Position numbers and translations under genes: made by a program. A stretch of 26,424 nucleotides of DNA from Myxococcales bacterium (GTDB lineage: Bacteria; Myxococcota_A; Polyangia; Haliangiales; Haliangiaceae). Positions within the stretch are counted from its first letter, which is position 1. Every line of letters begins with the position of its first letter. The stretch covers positions 1 through 26,424 of the forward strand of contig CANKMW010000015.1 of the NCBI GenBank assembly GCA_947483555.1. The letters are read 5' to 3'. The notes under the pieces are model-generated. The model searched no databases and was not told where the DNA came from. It was given only the letters and a program-made list of their open reading frames with translations. Below, one piece after another: positions 19,322 through 26,408 of this stretch.

Positions 19322-20712
19322 GATCGCCGCGGCGAGCGGGCCGGAGCCAGTTGCGAGGTTGCGCGGAGCGCGGCCGGCAGCAGCACGTCGAGCGCCACGT
19401 CACCCATGTGGGCGACCGCGCGGGCAACCGCGGCCTGGGCTTCGTGCGGTCGGAAGCCCAGCGTGACCAAGGCGGTGCGAGCGTCGGCGATGACCTGCGC
19501 CGACGACGCTCGCGCCGGTGCCGGCGCCGCGGGTGCAGGTGCCGGTGCCGACGCGCGTGCCGGTGGCGGTGGCGGTGCCGACGCGCTCGCCGGTGCCGGT
19601 GCCGGTGCCGGTGGTTCCGGCGGCGGCGGCGCACCGTAGGGCCGGCCGTCGGCGTGGGTCACACGCAGCGCACCGGGCACGCCGTCGATGCGGATCGTTC
19701 CGTGGTGAAGCAGGAGATGATGTGATGAGCAGAGGCAAGCGAGGTTCATCGGCTGGTTGTCGCCACCGTCGGCGCGGTGCCTGACGTGGTGCACGTCAAC
19801 AAAACGCGATGAGGCACAGCCAGGGATTGTGCAGCGGTGGTGGTCGCGGGCCAGCACCATGCGGCGGACCGCCGCCGGGATCGTGCGCTGAGCCAGCGCC
19901 GGTGCCGCGCCGTCGACGCGATCAAGCTCGATCGCGTCACAGCGCGCGCTCTCGATGGCTGCCGGCGACACCTCGATCGGTCGCCCGACCGCGTCCTGCC
20001 AGCCGCGCTTGCAGTCGACGCACACGGTGAGCGCAATCTGGTGGGGCGGCGTGTTGTCGGCCGCGGCGCCGTCGCCGCCGAGGACGCCGCGGCACGCCAC
20101 CGCCATGAACTCCGAGTCGGTCATCGCCTGACCGACCTCGGCCTCGAGCTTGCGCCGCGCCTCGAGGAACAGCGCGTACGCCTCGGGCAGGAGTTGCAGG
20201 CGCACCGCGCGCGGCTCGAGCTGCGGATCCGGCCGCTGGTCGGGATGATCGCCGGGCTTGCGGCCGCGCACGCAGTGCTCGATCTCGCGCGCGGTCAGGC
20301 CGTCGATCGCGTCGAGCCACGCGGTCTCGGTGTCCGCCGTCGCCACCCGCGTGAGCTCGCGCACCGCCGAGAAGGTGACGGTGCCGGCGGTCAGCGCACG
20401 GGCGATCTCCGGCAACGCCACCAGCGCGGTCGCGACTCGCATGCGGTCGCGACCGGTCGTCGGCGCATAGCCCAGCACGCGCTCGAGGTACTCGTCGAAG
20501 CTGCCGTAGCCGAGGTGGCGGTGAACACCAGCGGCCTTCGCCGCCACCAGCAGCCGCGCCTCGTCGGCATCGAGGGTCGCCCGCCGCCGCGCCAGACGTC
20601 GCACCTGGCGATCGATCTCGCGCCACGCGGCGCCCACGTGGGTGCCCTCGTCGCCGCCCGCATCACGACCGCCGCCGCCACCATCTGCACCACTCGCTTG
20701 CTGGTCGAACAT
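19318..20712 (-). CDS. HNH endonuclease with an N-terminal DUF222-like domain, a Pro-Ala low-complexity linker and a RuvA-domain-III-like C-terminal tail.
   Basis: The HNH motif reads [51 protein letters not shown]. The N-terminal region resembles DUF222 as seen in actinobacterial and myxobacterial HNH proteins. The C-terminus, after [33 protein letters not shown], reads [20 protein letters not shown]...ALRA. That is similar to the RuvA C-terminal domain ALVALGYKPQEASRMV.... Confidence 0.85.
   Translation of the reverse strand: MFDQQASGADGGGGGRDAGGDEGTHVGAAWREIDRQVRRLARRRATLDADEARLLVAAKAAGVHRHLGYGSFDEYLERVLGYAPTTGRDRMRVATALVALPEIARALTAGTVTFSAVRELTRVATADTETAWLDAIDGLTAREIEHCVRGRKPGDHPDQRPDPQLEPRAVRLQLLPEAYALFLEARRKLEAEVGQAMTDSEFMAVACRGVLGGDGAAADNTPPHQIALTVCVDCKRGWQDAVGRPIEVSPAAIESARCDAIELDRVDGAAPALAQRTIPAAVRRMVLARDHHRCTIPGCASSRFVDVHHVRHRADGGDNQPMNLACLCSSHHLLLHHGTIRIDGVPGALRVTHADGRPYGAPPPPEPPAPAPAPASASAPPPPPARASAPAPAPAAPAPARASSAQVIADARTALVTLGFRPHEAQAAVARAVAHMGDVALDVLLPAALRATSQLAPARSPRRS
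19511..19630 (-). repeat. Imperfect GC-rich hexanucleotide simple repeat (GCCGGT/GCCGGC)n. On the minus strand it encodes the PAPAPA linker of the HNH protein.
   Basis: Visible runs ggtgccggtgccggtgccggtgg and gccggtggcggtggcggtgccg on the plus strand. Confidence 0.6.
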
Positions 20713-21299
20713 GTCGCACGCCTCCCCGACGCGTGGGCCACTCGTTCACGCGCGTGTTCATCTCTATCACGGGGATTTTCGCCCTCCATGCGTGCCCGTA
20801 GCGGGCGTCAAAGGCGGTCGGACTGATTCTCCACGGCGACACCGTCGGACGCGCTCCACGCGCATCCTGACGCGCCAGGCGCACGACCTATCCGACGTTC
20901 TCCATCCCGACCTCGCTGCACGCGCCGAGGACGTCAAGCGAAACCGACGCGCCGTGGCGATTCCTCGACGGTACGCGCCCGGGATCGTCGACGACGGCCA
21001 CCGAGAAACCGCGGACGCCGGGAGACCGGTCGCGTCGAAGGTGCGTTCACCGCGAGACGACCGGGCCGCGCCGCGGACTCCGTGCCCGGCCCCGGCGGCG
21101 ACGCGTTCCACGACCTACCGGCGCGGCGGGCACTGGCCGTCCGCAGCGATCAATCGCCCCGTGTCGCCCGCGGAGCTTCGTGCATCCGCGCCGCGACCGC
21201 CGGATCCTGATGCTCACGCTCTGAGACAAGCGCCGCAGCGTGTTCGACGGGTTGCCGGGCTGGCGCTTGGTCGCCCTGCAAGTCGCGGAACTGCTCCCG

Positions 21300-21474
21300 C
21301 CATGAACTGGGCAAATCCGTTCAATTAGTAGGCGCTCGGTTTCTGTTTTGAACTGTTCAGATTCCTGACGTGAGCCCAAGCAACTGAAGTTGCACGGAAC
21401 GACCTTCGGCACGCTCTCTGCAATATGCGTAGTGGAAGTTACAACTTCTACAACGCGTAGCGAAGGAGCCGCCC
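21300..21474 (+). promoter_or_regulatory. Lower-GC leader and promoter region for the downstream lipoprotein gene. A GAAGGAG Shine-Dalgarno at 21462-21468 lies 6 nt before the ATG at 21475.
   Basis: A local GC drop (caaatccgttcaattagtaggcgctcggtttctgttttgaactgttcagattcctgacg...ctctctgcaatatgcgtagtggaagttacaacttctacaacgcgtagcgaaggagccgcccATG) in an otherwise ~72% GC window. TTGAAC and TGCAATAT-like hexamers are present. A clear SD is present. Confidence 0.4.
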
Positions 21475-22269
21475 ATGGTGTCCACGTTTGTCGGTTCGAG
21501 CTCGACCTTGATGTTGCTCGCCGGGTTGGTTGGCGGGGCCGGATGCGTGGGCGACGAGGTCGATACCGTCGAGGGTCCGCTGCAGATCACGGCCGTCGAT
21601 GGCACCGACATCGCCGGTACGTTCCGGCACGGCCCGTCGACGATCACGTTCGCGAGCCGGTCGAACGATCAGCAACACGCCTCGCTGCGCCTCGACATCG
21701 ACGGTGCGGTCATCGACGCCACCTACGACGCCGCCGGCGTGCTCACCGAGGACGGGTACCTCAGCGCGCTGTACGCCGAGGACCACGCGGCGCTGATCGC
21801 CCTGCGGGACGCGGTGCAGACCCAGTACCCCGAGATCGTCACCGGCACGCTGCAGGGCATGTTCCTCACCCGTCACGCCGACTGGGTTGCCGAGTCGCCG
21901 GTCGGCTACACGTTCGGTGCCCGCCGCGTCGATGTCCAGGATCGGCTCCAGGACCGCACCACCAATGACGACGACAAGGACACCACCTGCCTGTGGCCCG
22001 GCTCCTGGTACAACGCCTACTACGACGCCGGCAACGGCGGCGCGCAATGGTACTGGACTCGCCAGGCCAACTCCGGCAGCTGTCTCGGGCGTTGCGGCGC
22101 CGGCTGCAACTGGTTCGACGACGACATCATGCTCGACTGCTTCGAGCACGACACCTGCCTGGACCATTTCGGCGGCAGCTCGCTGGGCGGCAACTCCAAC
22201 TGCGGCGACGAGTACGACCATGCGGTCGCCGAGTACGTCGTGACCTACGCCGCCTGGTGCCCGTACTGA
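21475..22269 (+). CDS. Secreted Cys-rich lipoprotein with a phospholipase-A2-like C-x-x-H-D-x-C motif, hypothetical.
   Basis: A good RBS precedes it. The N-terminus MVSTFVGSSSTLMLLAGLVGGAGCVG is a signal peptide with a lipobox-like GAGC. The C-terminal domain SCLGRCGAGCNWFDDDIMLDCFEHDTCLDHFGG resembles the Ca-loop plus CCxxHDxC catalytic region of secreted PLA2s. Confidence 0.7.
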   Translation: MVSTFVGSSSTLMLLAGLVGGAGCVGDEVDTVEGPLQITAVDGTDIAGTFRHGPSTITFASRSNDQQHASLRLDIDGAVIDATYDAAGVLTEDGYLSALYAEDHAALIALRDAVQTQYPEIVTGTLQGMFLTRHADWVAESPVGYTFGARRVDVQDRLQDRTTNDDDKDTTCLWPGSWYNAYYDAGNGGAQWYWTRQANSGSCLGRCGAGCNWFDDDIMLDCFEHDTCLDHFGGSSLGGNSNCGDEYDHAVAEYVVTYAAWCPY

Positions 22270-22270
22270 G

Positions 22271-23335
22271 TTGAGCGGTTCGCGCCACCTGATCGTGGGC
22301 GGCATCGCCGACGCCGAGCATGGCGTGGTGGTCGCCATCGTGGCGCGGCGCCCGACCTGCGCCGAGCCCGAGAACATCGTCTGCTCGGGCACGCTGATCG
22401 CGCCGCGGGCCGTGCTGACGGCGGCCCACTGCCTGCAGGGCCGCGAGCCCGACGAGCTCGAGGTCCTGGTCGGCCAGGACGTTGCGGCACCCGACGCCGT
22501 GCTCGGTGTCTGGAGCGCCGCGGTGCACCCCGGCTACGACCCGCTGGCGGCGCCCGAGGACGCCAACGACCTGGCGCTCCTGGTGCTGGACCGCGAGATC
22601 TCGATCGCTCCGGCGATGATGGCGAGCTCGTTGCCATCGGAGCTGGTGGTGGGCGCCAGCGTGCGGCTGGTGGGCTTCGGCGCGATCGCACCGGGCGGCG
22701 CGGTCGGGTGGCGCCTGGGTGCCGACGCGGTCGTCGACGGCGTGGCCAGCCGGGCGCTGTCGACCGGCGACGTCGGGGTCCCGTGTGGCGGCGACTCGGG
22801 CGGCGCCATGTTCGCGATGACCGCTGGTGGCGAGCGGCTGGTCGCGGTCATCAAGGCGAGCGGCACCGGCTGCATGGACGCCGGTCTCTCGACGCGGGTC
22901 GATTCGTCGTTCGCGTCGTTCATCGAGCCGTCGCTGGCGGTGGCCGCGGCGACCCCCGCCCCCGATCGGCCGCCGTTCGATCCCGGGACCGCGTACTGCG
23001 CCGGGGCGTGCGCGGCCCATGCCGACTGTCCGCTCGGCATGCTGTGCCTGCCCGACGCCGGCGCGATGCACTGTGGATATCGCGACGCTCGGGTGGCGCG
23101 GTTCGGCGAGGTCTGCGATGGCAGCGAAGGCGGCCCGTGCGTGCCGGTGGGGCAGGGCCAGGCCCGGGAATGTCGCCAGCTGATCGCGCCGTGTGAGCTC
23201 GGCGGCGGTGGCGATGACGACGGCGGTTGCGCCGCGGCGCCTGATGGCGCGGTCGGTGCCGCGATGGCGCTGCTCGTGCTCGTCTTCGCCATCCGGCGTG
23301 AGGCTGCTCACCGGCGACACGCGTCGAGACGGTGA
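22271..23335 (+). CDS. Trypsin-like (S1 family) serine protease with a C-terminal MYXO-CTERM-like sorting tag. It has no ATG and no signal peptide, so it is probably the downstream half of a frameshifted fusion with the preceding gene.
   Basis: The catalytic triad motifs are LTAAHC (His), NDLALL (Asp) and GDSGG (Ser). The mature-type N-terminus HLIVGG begins almost at once after a TTG at 22271. The frame is closed by TGA at 22241-22243, and the upstream gene stops at 22269 in frame +1. The C-terminal tail GGCAAAPDGAVGAAMALLVLVFAIRREAAHRRHASRR has an invariant Cys, a hydrophobic helix and a basic cluster, as in MYXO-CTERM. Confidence 0.75.
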   Translation: MSGSRHLIVGGIADAEHGVVVAIVARRPTCAEPENIVCSGTLIAPRAVLTAAHCLQGREPDELEVLVGQDVAAPDAVLGVWSAAVHPGYDPLAAPEDANDLALLVLDREISIAPAMMASSLPSELVVGASVRLVGFGAIAPGGAVGWRLGADAVVDGVASRALSTGDVGVPCGGDSGGAMFAMTAGGERLVAVIKASGTGCMDAGLSTRVDSSFASFIEPSLAVAAATPAPDRPPFDPGTAYCAGACAAHADCPLGMLCLPDAGAMHCGYRDARVARFGEVCDGSEGGPCVPVGQGQARECRQLIAPCELGGGGDDDGGCAAAPDGAVGAAMALLVLVFAIRREAAHRRHASRR

Positions 23336-23383
23336 CGCCATTCGGGCGTTGTCAGCAGCGCCGCGGCGGGCCAAGAATGCGTC

Positions 23384-25216
23384 ATGTCGCTTCGTCTCGC
23401 CCGGTCCGGGGCTGTCGCGCTGGTCTCGGTGGCGGCGTGTTCGTTCGCACCGTCCGGCGAGGTCGCGCCCGATGACGACGGCGGGGTCGACGACGGCGGC
23501 AACCGGGTGCTGGTGCTGCGCGACGACACGGCGGCGGACTTCGCGATCGTCGGCACGCTCGCCGACGCGCTGGTCATCGAGCCGTGGGGCGCGCTGGCAC
23601 CGGCGGCCTACCACGTCGGCGGGCTGCTCGCCTTCGCCGCCAACGACGAGCGCTTCGGCGAGCCCGACGAGGCGACCTGGACCAGCGTCACCAGTGGCTC
23701 ACCAGCCGGCGCCGGGGTGTGGACCCGGCCTCTGGTCGGCGATCCGATCGGCGTCGGTCTCGACTCCGGCGACAGCTGGACCTACTGGGCCGAGGGCGAG
23801 GTCTGGCTCGACGCCGGCGACACCAGCTTTCTGGTCGACGCCGATGACGCCGGGTTCATCGAGATCGCGCCGCCCGGCGGCGACTACACCCGGGTCGTCA
23901 ACGCCCGCCTGGGTGTCGGCAGCGGTTCGTTCACCGCCGCGGCCGCGGGATGGTTTCCGATCCGGCTCGCCGCGGTCGAGGGGGTCGGTGGCTCGCGCTT
24001 CGACGTGCAGCTGTTCGTCAACGGCAGCATGACGCCCGAGCCGCTGGCGTCGCCGCGGCTGCGCGCGCGGGTCGACCACATGCGGGGCATGATGCTGGCC
24101 GGCTGGGACAACTCGCTGCTCCAGGGCCGGCCCGAACACACCCTGTCTCAGGACCCGCTGGTCGACGCCGACTTCGGCGCCGGCACCCCGGTCGGGGTCG
24201 GCATCGGCTCCGCCGACTTCTGGTCGCTGCGCTGGGCCGGGCAGTTCTACGTCACCACGCCCGGCACCTACCGGCTCGACGTCGAGGCCGACGACGGCCA
24301 CCGGCTCTACGTCGGTTCCTACCTGGTCAGCGATCTGCTGGTCGGGTCGAACGCCAGCCGCATGATCGACGTCGATCTGGGCGGCGGCTGGAACGACGTG
24401 GTCCTCGATCTCAACGAGAACACCGGCAACGCCCGCGCGCGCCTGCGCGTCGTCAGCGGCCCCGAGCCCGGGCTCGACCGCGAGCTGCCGGCGTCGCGGT
24501 TGCGCCCGCTCGAGCCGCGCGGCGAACGCCTCGAGACCGGTGCCGACGCGACCGATCGTCCGGCAGCCGACAACGATCCGGCCGGCGGCGCCGTGTCGGC
24601 GGTCGCGGTCGGCGGCTTCGTCGGCGCGACCGTGACCTCGGTCGACGTCATGGTCGGCGTCAATCACAGCCGGATCGGCGACCTGCAGATCCGCCTGGTC
24701 CATCCCGGCGGCAACGAGGTGCTGCTGCGCAACAACTCGGACGCCGGCGGCAGCGGCAGCCGCACGCTGCGCTTCACGACCGAGAGCTTCGATGGCACGC
24801 CGGCGAGCGGCGCGTGGCGCCTGCGCGTCACCGACACGGTGCAAGGGAACGCCGGCACCCTCACCGACTACCAGCTCGCCGTCCACATGGGCGGTGGCCC
24901 CGAACAGGTCGCCCGGGTCGCCTCGTACACCTCGCTGGTCCGCGATCTCGGCGCCGACGTGACCGCGATCGACGCGCTGCGCTTTGCCGCCCGGCTACCG
25001 GCCGGCGCCGGGGTCGCGGTGCGGCTGCGGGCCTGCGATGCGCCCGAGCAGTGCGCGACCGCACCGTGGTCGGAGCCGCTCACCGAGGGCGGCGGCGCGG
25101 CCCCCGGGCTGCCGCCGTCACGCTACGTGCAGTACCGCGTCGAGCTGACCAGCGATGGCGAGCGCGATCCCGAGCTCGACTGGCTCGAGCTCTCGTACCG
25201 GATCCCCGCCACCTGA
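23384..25216 (+). CDS. Lipoprotein with two PA14 domains and a proprotein-convertase P-domain (pre-peptidase C-terminal type). No catalytic domain.
   Basis: The signal MSLRLARSGAVALVSVAACSF has lipobox V-A-A-C. PA14-like segments are WTYWAEGEVWLDAGDTSFLVDADDAGFIEI and FWSLRWAGQFYVTTPGTYRLDVEADDGHRLYVGSYLVSD. The P-domain signature is NHSRIGDLQIRLVHPGGNEVLL...GAWRLRVTDTVQGNAGTLTDYQLAVH. Confidence 0.8.
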   Translation: MSLRLARSGAVALVSVAACSFAPSGEVAPDDDGGVDDGGNRVLVLRDDTAADFAIVGTLADALVIEPWGALAPAAYHVGGLLAFAANDERFGEPDEATWTSVTSGSPAGAGVWTRPLVGDPIGVGLDSGDSWTYWAEGEVWLDAGDTSFLVDADDAGFIEIAPPGGDYTRVVNARLGVGSGSFTAAAAGWFPIRLAAVEGVGGSRFDVQLFVNGSMTPEPLASPRLRARVDHMRGMMLAGWDNSLLQGRPEHTLSQDPLVDADFGAGTPVGVGIGSADFWSLRWAGQFYVTTPGTYRLDVEADDGHRLYVGSYLVSDLLVGSNASRMIDVDLGGGWNDVVLDLNENTGNARARLRVVSGPEPGLDRELPASRLRPLEPRGERLETGADATDRPAADNDPAGGAVSAVAVGGFVGATVTSVDVMVGVNHSRIGDLQIRLVHPGGNEVLLRNNSDAGGSGSRTLRFTTESFDGTPASGAWRLRVTDTVQGNAGTLTDYQLAVHMGGGPEQVARVASYTSLVRDLGADVTAIDALRFAARLPAGAGVAVRLRACDAPEQCATAPWSEPLTEGGGAAPGLPPSRYVQYRVELTSDGERDPELDWLELSYRIPAT

Positions 25217-25232
25217 ACAATCCGGATGCAGC

Positions 25233-25258
25233 GTCGGTGAAAATCTGAATTGCCGACG
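25233..25258 (+). terminator. Short hairpin (cgtcgg-15nt-ccgacg) directly after the stop of the PA14/P-domain gene. Possible weak intrinsic terminator without a U-tract.
   Basis: A 6-bp perfect inverted repeat sits 17 nt after the TGA. No T-run follows, so the call is weak. Confidence 0.25.
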
Positions 25259-25535
25259 TCGATCCGCACGCCGGGCGAACACTTCGCGATTGAGATCGGC
25301 GCGCGCGACGAGCAAGGTGGAACTCGGACGGGTTGTCCGGGAAACGGACGATATGCGGATCGGCCCCTCAGGCAGGCGAGCACCAGCCGCCTGAGGTGAT
25401 GGTGCAGGTGGGCGGGACGGGGGAGCAGGTGGGGGCGGGCTGAGGGGCCGACAGCGGGGGGGCATGTGGGTGTTCGCCAGGGCGCCGGATGGCGTATCCT
25501 CTGGTGCGCGCATGTCCAACGAGAAAGAGAAGACC

Positions 25536-26408
25536 ATGTTCCTGCAGATGGCTCCTCCGGTGGTCCGGAAGGCCTCTGCCGGTGGGGATGCCGTCCTGCT
25601 CGCGATCTATCCACCGGGCGCGGGCATGGGGCGGCGGTTCGGGTTGACCAAGGCCGAGCACTTCGTCGGGCGGCTCGAAGAGCTCGACATCCCGCTCGAG
25701 GGTGAGGGCCTGTCGCGCAAGCATGCGCGGATCTTCCGCGACGACAGCGGCTGGCAGGTCGAGGACCTCGGTTCCACCAACGGGACCCACGTCAACGACG
25801 CCAAGGTCGACCGGATCCACCTGAACGACGGCGACCTGGTGCGGTTCGGCGTCGCCATCTGCAAGTTCCTCTCCGGCGACAACATCGAGGCCCAGTACCA
25901 CGAAGAGATCTACCGGTTGTCGATCATGGACGGCCTGACCAGCGTCCACAACAAGCGCTATTTCCTCGAGTTCCTCGAGCGCGAGCTGGCGGCCGCGGTG
26001 CGCCAGCACGCGCCCCTGTCGCTGATCATGATCGACATCGATCACTTCAAGAAGATCAACGACACCCATGGCCACCTGACCGGCGACGCCGCGCTCAAGG
26101 AGATGTGCCGTCGCCTGCGGCCCCGGATCCGCAACACCGATCTGCTGGCCCGCTACGGCGGCGAGGAGTTCGCGGTGATCCTGCCCGCCACCGACCGCGA
26201 GGGTGCCCTGCAGTTCGCCGAGGTGCTGCGCGCGCTGGTCGAGAGCGAGCCGTTTCCACACGACGAGCTCAAGGTCGCCTGCACGATCAGCCTCGGGGTC
26301 GCCGCGATCGATCACGCCCAGCCCGGACGCCCCGACGATCTCATCAAGCGCGCCGACGCCAACCTCTACGAGGCCAAGCGCTCGGGCCGCAACCGCGCCG
26401 TCGGCTGA
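25536..26408 (+). CDS. FHA-domain diguanylate cyclase (FHA-GGDEF). Alternative in-frame starts at 25512 (ATG) and 25464.
   Basis: The FHA core reads GRRFGLTKAEHFVGRLEELDIPLEGEGLSRKHARIFRDDSGWQVEDLGSTNGTHVNDAKV. The GGDEF domain has the active-site RYGGEEF, with DHFKKINDTHGH and the inhibitory-site-type RxxD context. The purine-rich gagaaagagaag upstream of the ATG at 25536 acts as a Shine-Dalgarno sequence. Confidence 0.85.
   Translation: MFLQMAPPVVRKASAGGDAVLLAIYPPGAGMGRRFGLTKAEHFVGRLEELDIPLEGEGLSRKHARIFRDDSGWQVEDLGSTNGTHVNDAKVDRIHLNDGDLVRFGVAICKFLSGDNIEAQYHEEIYRLSIMDGLTSVHNKRYFLEFLERELAAAVRQHAPLSLIMIDIDHFKKINDTHGHLTGDAALKEMCRRLRPRIRNTDLLARYGGEEFAVILPATDREGALQFAEVLRALVESEPFPHDELKVACTISLGVAAIDHAQPGRPDDLIKRADANLYEAKRSGRNRAVG

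Noticed and set aside
19837-20826. 329-aa plus-strand ORF opposite the HNH gene, and ORF 19937-20626 on the minus strand in another frame.
   Set aside because: No motifs and Arg/Ala/Gly-rich. The minus-strand frame 19318-20712 carries the HNH catalytic motif and a coherent DUF222-like N-terminus.
20642-21412. ORFs 20642-21328 (+), 20767-21111 (-) and 21047-21412 (-) in the long intergenic region.
   Set aside because: Pro/Arg/Ser-rich or otherwise compositionally odd, with no RBS and no motifs. I treated the region as noncoding and flagged it as a finding instead.
22127-24886. Minus-strand ORFs 22127-23614 and 23699-24886, and plus-strand ORF 23950-25248, overlapping the protease and PA14 genes.
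   Set aside because: Low-complexity Arg/Ala/Gly/Pro translations. The chosen plus-strand frames contain the S1 catalytic triad motifs and PA14/P-domain signatures.
25123-26315. Minus-strand ORFs 25123-25614 and 25368-26315 opposite the FHA-GGDEF gene.
   Set aside because: No motifs. The plus-strand frame has intact FHA and GGEEF signatures and a purine-rich RBS.
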